From IMG/VR virus record IMGVR_UViG_3300032164_000019, positions 1 through 53,546 of that record: a stretch of 53,546 nucleotides of DNA. One strand, written 5' to 3'. The position numbers and the translations under genes were made by a program. The stretch's first letter is position 1; each line of letters starts with the position of its first letter. Origin of the DNA: a virus (lineage: Duplodnaviria; Caudoviricetes). Below, piece by piece: positions 10,847-23,812 of the stretch. Below the pieces are notes generated by a model that was given only the letters and a program-made list of their open reading frames with translations, was not told the origin of the DNA and did not search any database.

Positions 10847-13640
10847 GTAGAGATATACCCCTAGCAATCATAACCACTTTTAAATATAAATACGCTTGGG
10901 TGTATTCGATATCGGATAAATCTCGATTGTAAACTAACACATATGCTACATTTCCATCTAAAAAATTTCCGACATCTAAAACATTACTGTTAATATATTC
11001 GATAACATTTATACCACCGTAATAACCTGTACCAAAAGCCCTTTCTCCAAAATAATTTGTGTCAGTATTAACTATTTGACTAGAAAAATATCTAAATCCC
11101 CAAAGTGTTTTTCCAAAAATAGAACGATTAAAATAACTATTATTTGTATACGGCGGAACAAATCCTTTATTTCCTATAATCCATCCGCTTGAATTATTTA
11201 CTATAGGAGTTCCATCAACATCAACACCATATTGCCCAGTAACTTTTAATGTCCTATTTACATCACCAGTAAGAGTATTCGCATTATATCGCAAACATGC
11301 CGTAAACCATGTTTGAGGAATGATAGTTCCATTTGGGGTACTTACCAATAAATCATTTCTTATTCCGTTATTTTTTTGAGATCGAAATATTAATGCTCCA
11401 TTTGTATCAACACTTATACTATAACCAGAAACGGTAGTATTACCAGTAACATCTATACATCCAATAAAATCATTTATGGAATTTAAATTATTTACCTTTG
11501 CGATTATCACTACCGTTTGTTTTAATGGATTAACAGGAACAGTTAAACATGTAGCCATTTGGTCTACTCCATTAAATAATAATCCGGTAGATGAAAATGA
11601 TGGATCGGAGGTTTCAATATTTGAAGTTCTACCTATTACACCGTGGTGCTTATCATTAACCGATTGTATATCCCACAATCTTTGTCTATCCGATAAATTT
11701 AAAATACAATCATATTCAGTAAGGAGTTCAAGTGTTGGAACATTATTGGGTATCTTAATTATCTTTACATACGGATCAGCAACATGATTTCTTTTGGTTT
11801 CAGGTTCTAATGTTACGGTTTCAATTGTTGTGGTACCATACAAATCCATAGATGTGTTAGCTGGTTGGTATGGTTCGTAATAATAATCATCATTAGGAGA
11901 AACGTAATCAAGGTCACGCCCGGCAAATATTGTTTTAAGATTTGAAAATGTAGTAGGATCTTGAAATTCCTCGATATCTCCAGCATTTACATGATATCTT
12001 TGACGGAAATGTTCATATGGAGCATAATAAAATTTATTCCGTTCAAGATTTTTGTATGTTGGATCTATCATGAAGTGAGATTCTATATCAACTTCACCGA
12101 ATACAATAGTACCGGCGGGATGTAATAATTTCTTTACAATATCCCTATATGTATTAATAGAATTTCCTGTTTTTAAAACATACGAAAAATCTTGCCAATA
12201 ATAACTATCCTGTAATCTTTTATCGTTTGATAGGAAACTATCAGTACCAACCCATCTACCAGGAAAAGTACCTAAAGCTCCTATACCTAATGTTATTTCG
12301 GCATTACCATTTCCTATATTTGTTACATCCGCTGTTGCAGACGTATAATCTAAACCAAAATCTTTGATGGCGATTTTCTTTATTTGACCTAAAGCAATAC
12401 TATAATGCGAATCGATTGTAGGTAATATAGACCAATCCTCATTAACCGTAAATTTATTGGTCTCCATATCAAATGATATGATACGTTTGGTTTCACCAAT
12501 TCCAGGACCATCAATGATAGAAATATTCATACCAACATAATAATTTTCATCTTTAGGAGGATCTATCGTAATTGTGGGTGGACCGGTATATGAAGAACCT
12601 GGATTTGTAACGATAATTCTTTCGACTTTACCTAACAAATTGAGAACTGCTACTGCTGTTCCATTTCCAGTAACAGTAACATCCGGTGTAGAAGTATAAC
12701 TATACCCCTGCGATAAAACTCTAATTTTGTCTATCGAATCTGATTCAGCAAGAGCCGTATGTAAAATAGCCACAGCCGTAGCGGTAAATGAAGTTACGGT
12801 TATAGTTGGAGATGTATATGTTATAGGCGGACCTATATCATCTACAGCACTATTCTCGGAAGAAATTACTCTACCAATTATTGTACCACCAACAGATTCG
12901 ATTGATATTAAAGCATTAGAACCATCACCATCAACGATAATTAAATCATTTGCGGAATATCCGGTACCCGGATTAACTATAGTAGCCTCGGATACTATTC
13001 CATATATGCTTTCTTGTATAATATTGTTATTATCCAAATAAACATTAATTAATTCACCAGGAATAAATGTACCCAATACACTAGATAACGTTAATTCGGA
13101 TACTAAGTTTGCTCCAATATTAAATCGTATAACACTTTCAATGTGGGCATGTGCCCCAGACTCTACGCCTCTTAATTCTCTTGATACAAAAGCCGAAGTA
13201 TCATGAATAGTTGTTACTCGTATAACCTTTTGAGTATCCCATTTACCATCCGATGGTCGTAAAAGATCTTTTTTAGGATAATAAAACTCCACATTTTCAT
13301 TATATAATATTCGGAAAAGAAATTTATAACTTTTTTCAGAACCTCTAGCCCGGTAGAAATCTTTAATATGTTTGACCAACAATCTTTTATCAGCTAAAAC
13401 GGATATTGGTATATTAACTAAAAATTCTTTTCGGAAATGGTCAACAAATTCATCTAATGTTAAATCCACATCACGGTAGGTAATAAGATTTTTTATACCA
13501 GTATACGCATTTCCGGTTAATTCCAACCATTCATAATAAGCTTCGAGAAAAGCTATAAATGTAGGATAATTTTCTTTTATAAAATCAGGTAATTGTTGAT
13601 TTATAAAAGGCGAAATAGATCGTTCTGGGATTCTTAGCAT
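10842..13640 (-). CDS. baseplate wedge initiator, gp7-like, with C-terminal LamG/ConA-like domain
   Basis: QLPDFI..YPTFIAFLEAYYEWLE, FYRARGSEKSYKFLFRILY, LQDSYYWQDFSYVLK...LLHPAG; C-terminus ending VLVYNRDLS. Confidence 0.8.
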   Translation of the reverse strand: MLRIPERSISPFINQQLPDFIKENYPTFIAFLEAYYEWLELTGNAYTGIKNLITYRDVDLTLDEFVDHFRKEFLVNIPISVLADKRLLVKHIKDFYRARGSEKSYKFLFRILYNENVEFYYPKKDLLRPSDGKWDTQKVIRVTTIHDTSAFVSRELRGVESGAHAHIESVIRFNIGANLVSELTLSSVLGTFIPGELINVYLDNNNIIQESIYGIVSEATIVNPGTGYSANDLIIVDGDGSNALISIESVGGTIIGRVISSENSAVDDIGPPITYTSPTITVTSFTATAVAILHTALAESDSIDKIRVLSQGYSYTSTPDVTVTGNGTAVAVLNLLGKVERIIVTNPGSSYTGPPTITIDPPKDENYYVGMNISIIDGPGIGETKRIISFDMETNKFTVNEDWSILPTIDSHYSIALGQIKKIAIKDFGLDYTSATADVTNIGNGNAEITLGIGALGTFPGRWVGTDSFLSNDKRLQDSYYWQDFSYVLKTGNSINTYRDIVKKLLHPAGTIVFGEVDIESHFMIDPTYKNLERNKFYYAPYEHFRQRYHVNAGDIEEFQDPTTFSNLKTIFAGRDLDYVSPNDDYYYEPYQPANTSMDLYGTTTIETVTLEPETKRNHVADPYVKIIKIPNNVPTLELLTEYDCILNLSDRQRLWDIQSVNDKHHGVIGRTSNIETSDPSFSSTGLLFNGVDQMATCLTVPVNPLKQTVVIIAKVNNLNSINDFIGCIDVTGNTTVSGYSISVDTNGALIFRSQKNNGIRNDLLVSTPNGTIIPQTWFTACLRYNANTLTGDVNRTLKVTGQYGVDVDGTPIVNNSSGWIIGNKGFVPPYTNNSYFNRSIFGKTLWGFRYFSSQIVNTDTNYFGERAFGTGYYGGINVIEYINSNVLDVGNFLDGNVAYVLVYNRDLSDIEYTQAYLYLKVVMIARGISLP

Positions 13641-13645
13641 TTACA

Positions 13646-15454
13646 TTATACCGAATTTGTTTGCATATTTACGGTTACATCATTTGTTTCTAAAGTTATG
13701 ATATCATTTCTAAGAGGAATAATATCATTTACCGTTGGTGTAGCAGATACTTTAATTTCTAAAGATCCATCATAAATGCTATCTGGTATAAATTCTACCA
13801 AAGTAACTTCACCAGTATCATAATTTACAGTTCCGGCATTAGATTTTACTATGACTATGCTTGTCCCAACTCGTTTATATACACGTAAAGTACCTAAACC
13901 ATCATCATCAATTTGGAATAAATCTCCGCTTTCATATGCTTGTGTATACGTCGGATCGCTGGTAACAACAAACTTAGAACTGGATATCGTACTAGGTTTT
14001 ATAGCGTTATTATAATTTATAGCAACGTCTTGAAATATTCCTAAAATAGGAGTAAACCGTTTTTGTATTTTAAGATTTGTTAAATTATTTAGGATACTAT
14101 TTTCGCATTCATCAATTTCTCTGGATAATCGACTATACCTAAAAGTATTTTCAAATTTGTTTATTTCAGTTAAAGCAAAATCGTTTATTACGGTAATTAC
14201 CAAATTCTTCAATTGGTTAGATGTAAGCGTAGTTAATTGTGGATTATATTTTATTAAAGATGTTATTTCAAGGAAAATATAAGAAGGATCTATTATCTCA
14301 GGTATAACCGTTACAACATTTTTTGATTTTAAGATATCAGAAATAATGGCAGCCTTTGTAACTTCTGTTATAACATAACCACTTGCTGGTTTTAATGATA
14401 TAAACACTTTGCCATAAATTGGTGGATCATTATTTTCTCCACCCCATACCGATAACGAATCTATATTAGGATAATCTCTCTGAAGGATTGTTTTATAATC
14501 GGATGCGGTAACAGCCCGATTTTGTGCCTCATAATTTTTAGGAGCAGAAAATCTAACACTTTCAATATCTTCTCTGTCCGAACCACCATACGCCGCTGTT
14601 ACAGTCGTTACCGTAACATCCGAATATCCGCCAGCAGCGGTAACACACTCAAATGTTGATGCTTTATTTGGTGTATCTTTATTACCGGTTATGTATTCTA
14701 TAATTATTATATTATTGTCAACCAGAGATTTACCTATAAAACCATCACCAAAATAAACCTCATATTTACTATCTTCGGTTTCCTGTAAAAAGAAGACCAA
14801 AGAACCTCCACTCAATTCATTTACATCATCAGCCAATTCATAAACTTCTGTAAATGAATTGGCTGAACTCGCTTGAACTCTTACGGTAATAGTTGAAGTA
14901 TCTACATTAGCATTAGGTATAACATATTTCAAATCGGTATTGGATAAATCTACCACATATCTGTGTGTATACCCAATTCCTTCTTTCAAAATAACATCGG
15001 TTGCGTTGTATTTAGTATTAATTATATCCAAATCTAAAGTATAGGTTCGATCGGTAACAAACGTATATGTAGTTCCATCTAAGATACTTGAAAATTTGGT
15101 AAATTTCTCAATAGTGATTTTTGCAGGTGGATTACTAGTTGGAATAATTTCTAAATCAACAACAGCCGTAGCAGATACACAACTTCTAGGAACATAATTT
15201 AGTTGTTTTGCTATTGACACAATGGAATTTCTTAGATCCGCGCTGTCTAAAAATTGTTCATTGGCCACCATATTGAGATAATATGCTAGATATTGGGTAT
15301 TATACGATAAAATATCTAATAATATAGATAATCCTGATCCTTCAAAATCGTAATCGGTAAAAGTGCTTTGTGATTTTAGGAATTCTTTAAGACTAGCTTT
15401 TATTCCATCAAAATCTAAATCGGTAATTTGGAACTTTTTATTTGGATTTGCCAT
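13646..15454 (-). CDS. baseplate wedge subunit gp6
   Basis: LDFDGIK...FTDYDFEGSGLSILLDILSYNT, AQNRAVTASDY, PPIYGKVFIS motifs. Confidence 0.92.
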   Translation of the reverse strand: MANPNKKFQITDLDFDGIKASLKEFLKSQSTFTDYDFEGSGLSILLDILSYNTQYLAYYLNMVANEQFLDSADLRNSIVSIAKQLNYVPRSCVSATAVVDLEIIPTSNPPAKITIEKFTKFSSILDGTTYTFVTDRTYTLDLDIINTKYNATDVILKEGIGYTHRYVVDLSNTDLKYVIPNANVDTSTITVRVQASSANSFTEVYELADDVNELSGGSLVFFLQETEDSKYEVYFGDGFIGKSLVDNNIIIIEYITGNKDTPNKASTFECVTAAGGYSDVTVTTVTAAYGGSDREDIESVRFSAPKNYEAQNRAVTASDYKTILQRDYPNIDSLSVWGGENNDPPIYGKVFISLKPASGYVITEVTKAAIISDILKSKNVVTVIPEIIDPSYIFLEITSLIKYNPQLTTLTSNQLKNLVITVINDFALTEINKFENTFRYSRLSREIDECENSILNNLTNLKIQKRFTPILGIFQDVAINYNNAIKPSTISSSKFVVTSDPTYTQAYESGDLFQIDDDGLGTLRVYKRVGTSIVIVKSNAGTVNYDTGEVTLVEFIPDSIYDGSLEIKVSATPTVNDIIPLRNDIITLETNDVTVNMQTNSV

Positions 15455-15843
15455 TATCTTAACCGTTCTAATATTAGTGGTAATGATATAGGTTCGGGTC
15501 TATTGTTTATAGAAAAAACTATCAACGCATTATAAGCATTTTGGTCTGAATTAGCTGATACTGTTACACCTATAACACTAACTCTAGGTTCGAAATTATT
15601 TAGTACCTCTTCAATAGATTTTTTAATCCTAATAGCCGTTAACTGTTCGATGTTTTCAAATAACATTGCCGTTACATCACAACCAATCTCCGGATGCATT
15701 GGTCGTTCATAGTGTTTAGTAAACACTAAAGCTTTAACGGATTCTATGATAGATCTGGTATCTAGGTGTCTAGCTACATCTCCAGTAATTGGATGCCGAG
15801 TGAAAGCTAAATTTAGATCTTTAAATTGGCGTGTTATTGGCAT
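15454..15843 (-). CDS. baseplate wedge subunit gp25
   Basis: FKDLNLAF..HPITGD, ERPMHPEIG, NFEPRV motifs. Confidence 0.9.
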   Translation of the reverse strand: MPITRQFKDLNLAFTRHPITGDVARHLDTRSIIESVKALVFTKHYERPMHPEIGCDVTAMLFENIEQLTAIRIKKSIEEVLNNFEPRVSVIGVTVSANSDQNAYNALIVFSINNRPEPISLPLILERLR

Positions 15844-15849
15844 TATTAA

Positions 15850-15857
15850 TATTTATA
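15850..15857 (-). promoter_or_regulatory. late promoter TATAAATA, leaderless spacing
   Basis: 6 nt upstream of ATG 15843. Confidence 0.75.
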
Positions 15858-15873
15858 TGTTAAAAAAGGATAT

Positions 15874-18418
<2,545 letters not shown>

Positions 18419-18425
18419 ATACAAT

Positions 18426-18433
18426 TATTTATC
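18426..18433 (-). promoter_or_regulatory. late promoter GATAAATA
   Basis: 7 nt upstream of ATG 18418. Confidence 0.6.
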
Positions 18434-18487
18434 TAGGACTTATACACTCTCTAGAGTACCTGGTCCCCTCTAAATGAATACATTTAT

Positions 18488-18516
18488 ATTATAGCAGTTT
18501 AAAGAGTGTTTGTCAA
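18488..18516 (-). promoter_or_regulatory. consensus sigma70 promoter
   Basis: TTGACA-17 nt-TATAAT with TG at the extended -10 position. Confidence 0.7.
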
Positions 18517-18544
18517 GCATTTGCCAAAATATATTTTCATATCT

Positions 18545-19849
18545 TTATGGGAACGGAGAAAAAACTGAATCTTTAAACAATTCCATATGATTCGTATAAT
18601 CCGTGCTTTTTACGTGATGCCTTAGACTAGCGATTATATATTTACCAGAAAAATACTTCTCTTCACGTGGTTTGATTTCACCTTCGTATATCGGTTCTGG
18701 AGATGGTAAATATATTCGGACTATTTCACCAACAGTCCTATTACTATCACCCGGGGTTATCATTTTTAATTTTAAATTATGTATTTGCTCCAATTGTGAA
18801 GCGCGTTGTAATAACCATTGGTCCGCATGATTTTCAAATTGTTGTCCGACCCTAGAAGGATACATTTTTATTTTAGCGTTTGGATTTATTAAAGATCCTT
18901 CTTGATCTGAAATAAAGGTAAATCCGCTTTTTTTTCTTTCTATATCTTGTTTCGTAGCCGGTTCAACGTGTTTAAATTTCTCCCAAGTTTTCTTGTAGTC
19001 AAACTCAGTGGTGAACGCTTTTTTACGATCTATGCTATGAATTAATAGTCTGCTCCCATACTCCCCACGCTCTAAATTCTTCAATATATCAATGGGGTCC
19101 GCGAACTCATAAGATTGAATCCCTCGGAAATCTTGGGGTAAATCTCGCAACATGTGCGAAGCGTCACTATCGTATGGTAAACGCACGTTTGCCACTTGAT
19201 ATACATAAGTCATTATTGGTCCGGATACATCCATCAATTTCGATAGAGAACAAAAATTGAATCCATTCCTATTTTCAAAATAAATATAATTCGATCCTTC
19301 ATACGCTACAGAATTAGCTCTTGCTGCTAACCAATTTATAGCTCTAATTGGGTTCCAATTAGGAATAACTATATGGTGTAAATACTTTGTTGGTTCGACG
19401 ATTTGCACATATGGATTTTCTAAATAATTATAGTGTATATCCTCAAATATAGATGATATTAATTTTCCTTTATAACTTTTGCTTACTCGGGTATTAAAAT
19501 CCTTAAAATGTATTTCTGAGGTAAAATGTATAACGTAAGTCTGAGATCTTTCGGCGGATAATTTTGCATCCGAAACTTTATATACCCTAAACTCTTTTAA
19601 GTATGGATTTTTTCTATTTGGAGATTGGAATTCTATTAATATCTTTTCGAATCCGAAAATAGGAATATTTCGAATTAGGTTTGAAGAATCGCCCACAACA
19701 ATATTACCATAAACCGTATTATTGAATAGGTCTTCGTGGATATTAATTTCAGCCGTTACATGACGTAACTCCACAACCGCACCGGTTTTGGATGTTATCT
19801 GGACACGGTGAATCAATACATCTCTTGCATATGTATTATTGATTTCCAT
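18545..19849 (-). CDS. baseplate hub/tail protein, probable gp27-like
   Basis: INIHEDLF...G.I...DS, IPNWNP..AINWL, YFENRNGFNF, PGDS..TVG, SGKYII..LRH; lies between gp53 and gp5. Confidence 0.65.
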   Translation of the reverse strand: MEINNTYARDVLIHRVQITSKTGAVVELRHVTAEINIHEDLFNNTVYGNIVVGDSSNLIRNIPIFGFEKILIEFQSPNRKNPYLKEFRVYKVSDAKLSAERSQTYVIHFTSEIHFKDFNTRVSKSYKGKLISSIFEDIHYNYLENPYVQIVEPTKYLHHIVIPNWNPIRAINWLAARANSVAYEGSNYIYFENRNGFNFCSLSKLMDVSGPIMTYVYQVANVRLPYDSDASHMLRDLPQDFRGIQSYEFADPIDILKNLERGEYGSRLLIHSIDRKKAFTTEFDYKKTWEKFKHVEPATKQDIERKKSGFTFISDQEGSLINPNAKIKMYPSRVGQQFENHADQWLLQRASQLEQIHNLKLKMITPGDSNRTVGEIVRIYLPSPEPIYEGEIKPREEKYFSGKYIIASLRHHVKSTDYTNHMELFKDSVFSPFP

Positions 19850-20382
19850 TATTCACTTAATCCACTTAAAAGTTTATCTATTTCTTCCTCTATTTGACCT
19901 AGGTAAACTTTTTCCAACAATTTGATTGTTCTTTTAGATTCATTAACACCATTATAATAATCGTAGCAATTTACGGCTAATCTTTCATTATCGGCTAAAT
20001 CATCATATGTGGTAAAATCGATATAATTACCATACAAATCTTCATAGTGATGGATAAGTTGAGTCGAAGCTTCTACCGAACCATATATACTTTTAATAAA
20101 GGCTATAAAATTATTATATGACATCAACCAATCAAAATATGGATCAGTAACATCATTACACATCATTACAATCCAATAATATTTGGTAGATCCGTAATAC
20201 TTATGAGCAATAGTTTCAGGAGAATCTCCATCTTCTAATATCCATTGATCGTAGACATATAAGTTATTTTTAACGAGATTCCGAATCTTTACGCGATGTA
20301 CTATATTGGTTAAAAGATAAAATATTCCAGATCCATCTACATCAAATTCTTTTAATGGAAATTTTGAAAAATAGCCAGTCAT
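19849..20382 (-). CDS. baseplate wedge component gp53
   Basis: YFSKFP, LysM-like DGDSPETIAHKYYG..YYWIVMM.N..DPYFDW, NESKRTIKLL. Confidence 0.88.
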   Translation of the reverse strand: MTGYFSKFPLKEFDVDGSGIFYLLTNIVHRVKIRNLVKNNLYVYDQWILEDGDSPETIAHKYYGSTKYYWIVMMCNDVTDPYFDWLMSYNNFIAFIKSIYGSVEASTQLIHHYEDLYGNYIDFTTYDDLADNERLAVNCYDYYNGVNESKRTIKLLEKVYLGQIEEEIDKLLSGLSE

Positions 20383-21536
20383 TAGTAACCTTCTTCGATC
20401 CGTTTACGAGTCATTATTTCAACTTCTGTAAACTTTAATCCTAAAGTTAGAATAGTTGGAGCACCTCTAAGGTCACCATTAGCAGCATACGTTGTTCTAA
20501 AAGGAACATATGCTCTATTAGGTGTGTAATTTACCGAAATATTGGTAAGTACGCATGTGGATATTTTATTCACATAGTTATTTTCTTCTCCAGCAACGTA
20601 AAACACGATATCAAATTCAGCCGGATAAATCCAAAATCTTCCTATACCTGAAGTATTTAATTCTGGAGTGGCATAATATTTGAAGGTTTTTATAATTTCT
20701 CTAACTTCATTAGATTCTTCTGGAGAATCGGGCATAAATTTCCACTCGAAGGAAAATGATCTAAAATCCGGAGCTTCAAATATTACTTCACGGTGAGGAT
20801 TAAATGCGATCCGACCCTGTAAAAAAGCGGCTTCGGCTGCCTTATTTGCTCCATGATAACCTAAAATATTACTAATACCAGTTAATGTGTCATTTATGAG
20901 AGAATGTGCGGCCGTTCCTACTATTTCCCTTAGGTCTAAACCAGGTGCACTACCTTCCTTCGCAGTTGTTAGCTGCATCAAATCTCCGATTAATTTTAAT
21001 TGTTCGGATTTCCAGTTTTGACTATATAATGCTTGTATAGAAGGAGGCATGTACAGAGCTATCATTTTATTGATTCGTGTGGTTTGCCTGGAGGTATTAC
21101 CTCTTTGGGCGAGCGTATTATTAGCTCTAGCAATATTAGAATTAACTCTCGATAAATCCGATCCTACCAAACCAGCCGCATTATTAAATTTTCTAAAATT
21201 GGTTAATGATTGACCCTCTTTAGGGGAAAACATTTGCGCCATTTCCATATATTCGGTAATTAACGAATTCGTTTCATTAACGAAAAAACATACATAATGA
21301 TTTACTTCAGGAGATCCCAAATTCGAAGGATACCGTAAATTTTCATATTCAGAACTACTCAAAGGATTAGTGGGTATAACACTATTAAGAGCATCTCTAT
21401 TACTAGTTCCATAAGAACTATTGGCCGTTGGTTTTAAGGCACCTACGGCATTGGCCATATTTTCTTTTAGATCAAAACTCGAAACTTTTTTAAAAGCTGC
21501 CTGACCCGCGTTTTTAATGTTATCTAATAATCCCAT
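20382..21536 (-). CDS. baseplate tail-tube cap gp48
   Basis: LRYP, IALYMP, NPH.EVIFE.PDFRSFSFEWKF.P.S..ES, CVLTNISVNYTP, L.FTE motifs. Confidence 0.85.
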   Translation of the reverse strand: MGLLDNIKNAGQAAFKKVSSFDLKENMANAVGALKPTANSSYGTSNRDALNSVIPTNPLSSSEYENLRYPSNLGSPEVNHYVCFFVNETNSLITEYMEMAQMFSPKEGQSLTNFRKFNNAAGLVGSDLSRVNSNIARANNTLAQRGNTSRQTTRINKMIALYMPPSIQALYSQNWKSEQLKLIGDLMQLTTAKEGSAPGLDLREIVGTAAHSLINDTLTGISNILGYHGANKAAEAAFLQGRIAFNPHREVIFEAPDFRSFSFEWKFMPDSPEESNEVREIIKTFKYYATPELNTSGIGRFWIYPAEFDIVFYVAGEENNYVNKISTCVLTNISVNYTPNRAYVPFRTTYAANGDLRGAPTILTLGLKFTEVEIMTRKRIEEGY

Positions 21537-21543
21537 ATAACTA

Positions 21544-21551
21544 TATTTATA
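21544..21551 (-). promoter_or_regulatory. late promoter TATAAATA, leaderless spacing
   Basis: 7 nt upstream of ATG 21536; overlaps the start of divergent gp4. Confidence 0.75.
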
Positions 21552-21994
21552 TGGCTTATTCAGGAAGATTCAAACCAAAAGATTCTCAAAAATATAGAGG
21601 AGATCCAACTAATATCATATTTCGTTCTCTTTGGGAAAGAAACGTAATGATGAAATTTGACGCCGATCCAAATGTATTAATTTGGAGTTCAGAAGAATTT
21701 GTTGTATGGTATAATTCCCCTCTAGATGGTAGAAACCATAGATATTTCCCAGATTTTTGGTTAAAATATAAAAAGAAAAATGGGGAAATAGTAACGTATC
21801 TTGTTGAGGTTAAACCAATTAATCAGATAAATCCTCCTAAAATACCCAAAAGAAAAACAAAAAATTTCTATGAGAGTTGTCGGAGATATGCAGTAAATAA
21901 AGCTAAATGGAAAGCCACAGAAATCCTTTGCGAAAAACAAGGTTGGGAATTTAAACTCTTAACGGAGAAAGATATTCTTCCAGGTCGACGCTAA
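21551..21994 (+). CDS. head completion nuclease gp4
   Basis: MAYSGRFKP...KYRGDPTNIIFRSLWE, HRYFPDF, LVEVKP, NKAKW. Confidence 0.92.
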   Translation: MAYSGRFKPKDSQKYRGDPTNIIFRSLWERNVMMKFDADPNVLIWSSEEFVVWYNSPLDGRNHRYFPDFWLKYKKKNGEIVTYLVEVKPINQINPPKIPKRKTKNFYESCRRYAVNKAKWKATEILCEKQGWEFKLLTEKDILPGRR

Positions 21995-22002
21995 ATATTA
22001 GT

Positions 22003-22941
22003 GTGCAAGTATATCGAGATAAAACAGGTAAATTCGTTTCAAAAACTGCTGCTGGCGCTATTGAATCCGCCATTCGGGTAGTAAGAGATATTTTAGGTAA
22101 ATACCGAAAAGTTCCGACTGTAGTTGAAGAATTAATTCCAAAACCTAAAGTTCCAGGTAAGTCTGAAGTTCCTCTTCAACCTAAATTACCTAAATTACCG
22201 GCAGTTAAATTACCACCAATTCCGAAACCAACAACAAGATTTTATGAATCTGGTCGAAAAGTTTATCCTGTTATTCCTAAAATATTCACGGCAGCCAGAT
22301 TAGCTGAATGGGAATTAAAAGATCCTAGAAAACCTAGAGAAGCTATGAATTGGTTAAGACGTATTATTAGGGAATTAGCAGCAAAACCATATGAAAGAGA
22401 ATTGCTAAAAGAAGCGAGTTTACGGAACGAAAATATAACCGAAAGACAAGGTCCTAAGTTAACACCTAAAGACCTAATGCACCGAACAACGAAAACTAGC
22501 GTTGTTCAAATAGGTAGTCTTTATTTATTTGATTACGATCCAAAATGGAAAAAGAAATTACCTTATTATGATATATTCCCCCTAGTATTTCCTATTGAGT
22601 ATTATCCGGATGGGTTCTTAGGGTTAAATCTTCATTATTTGAATCTTGTAGAACGTATATTCTTATTTAGGAATTTATTAGATTTCGCTAATAATACAAA
22701 ATATGATTATTCTACAAGATTACTCCTAGCTTATAGATTATTAAAAGGAGTAGCTAAATATAAGGAACATACTCCTTGTATTAAACGGTATCTAGCAGAC
22801 CATGTGAGGTCGAATTTCCTTAAGGTTAGACCGCAAGATTGGGAAACAGCCGTATTCTTACCTGTTGAGCGATTTATAAAGAAATCGAAAAGCTTTGTGT
22901 GGGCCGAATCAACAAAAAAGCATGGAGGAAGGACTAGATGA
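22003..22941 (+). CDS. DNA end protector gp2 with basic, Pro-rich N-terminal extension
   Basis: YDPKWKKKLPYYDIFPL, GFLGLNLHYL, PCIKRYL..HVRS, AVFLP; GCTAAATA lies 5 nt before the GTG. Confidence 0.88.
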   Translation: MQVYRDKTGKFVSKTAAGAIESAIRVVRDILGKYRKVPTVVEELIPKPKVPGKSEVPLQPKLPKLPAVKLPPIPKPTTRFYESGRKVYPVIPKIFTAARLAEWELKDPRKPREAMNWLRRIIRELAAKPYERELLKEASLRNENITERQGPKLTPKDLMHRTTKTSVVQIGSLYLFDYDPKWKKKLPYYDIFPLVFPIEYYPDGFLGLNLHYLNLVERIFLFRNLLDFANNTKYDYSTRLLLAYRLLKGVAKYKEHTPCIKRYLADHVRSNFLKVRPQDWETAVFLPVERFIKKSKSFVWAESTKKHGGRTR

Positions 22942-23798
22942 GTAGCATCTTACAATTTCAGGGGCAAGTAACTAAAGCTCTAGGTTTTGCAAAACCCAAC
23001 CGATATCGCGTCATTGTTGATTTGTTTAAAATCATAAACGGTAGCAATACTGGATTCCCATTTCGCGCCTTAAAAGTTAATGATATGAGAAATTCGGAGA
23101 GATTAGCATTTTTCTGTGAAGCGGCTACATTTCCTCAAAAAATGTTTGAAGTAGATGCTGTACAGCATCTTGGGCCTCCTAGAATTGGTGTTGGGGGAAG
23201 TGCAAGGTTTGATCGTTTTTCATTGAGATTTTATGTTGGACGCGATATGATGGAAAAGAAAATATTCGATGCTTGGTTATATGCTATAGAACATCCGGTT
23301 ACCAACGAACAGAATTTTTTAAAAGAATATTCCACATCAATAACTATTGAACAATATGATGACTTATCTTTATCTCCAGGTATGATACCTGGTGCTGGAA
23401 AAATAAATGATGTAATTTCAAAAACAACCAATACTGTTAATAGAGTATTGGGATATGCGTCTGATATAGTTAATTGGATACCAGGTAGAGTGGGATCAAC
23501 ATTATCGGGCATGACAAATACTGATACGTGGTTTTATGTAAAACCTACATATACTATTGAGTTATATGATGCTTTTCCAACATTTATTAATCCGATGGAT
23601 TTAAGTTACGGAATTCAAGATAGATTCCATCGCGTACAAGTTAATTTCGCTTTCAGAAAATGGGTTACAAAAGGATTAAAATACGGTGTGGTATCATCAG
23701 ATGTTAATTTCAATATGGTAGATGGTGATAGGATGGAAGAAACTTTAGATGAAATGATGACGAATTATGCTAATATGCCTGGTTTTTTGGGAGTATAA
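22938..23798 (+). CDS. tail-tube/baseplate initiator protein (gp54/gp19-like fold)
   Basis: AKPNRYRV, FFCEAATFP, FDAW, ITIEQYD, LYDAFP..I..MDLSY, VNFAFRKW. Confidence 0.75.
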   Translation: MSSILQFQGQVTKALGFAKPNRYRVIVDLFKIINGSNTGFPFRALKVNDMRNSERLAFFCEAATFPQKMFEVDAVQHLGPPRIGVGGSARFDRFSLRFYVGRDMMEKKIFDAWLYAIEHPVTNEQNFLKEYSTSITIEQYDDLSLSPGMIPGAGKINDVISKTTNTVNRVLGYASDIVNWIPGRVGSTLSGMTNTDTWFYVKPTYTIELYDAFPTFINPMDLSYGIQDRFHRVQVNFAFRKWVTKGLKYGVVSSDVNFNMVDGDRMEETLDEMMTNYANMPGFLGV

Positions 23799-23812
23799 AA
23801 GGAAAATAAAAT

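Noticed and set aside
21551-21994. TnsA transposase
   Set aside because: Same fold, but motifs and synteny with gp2 and gp48 indicate gp4; no transposon ends seen.
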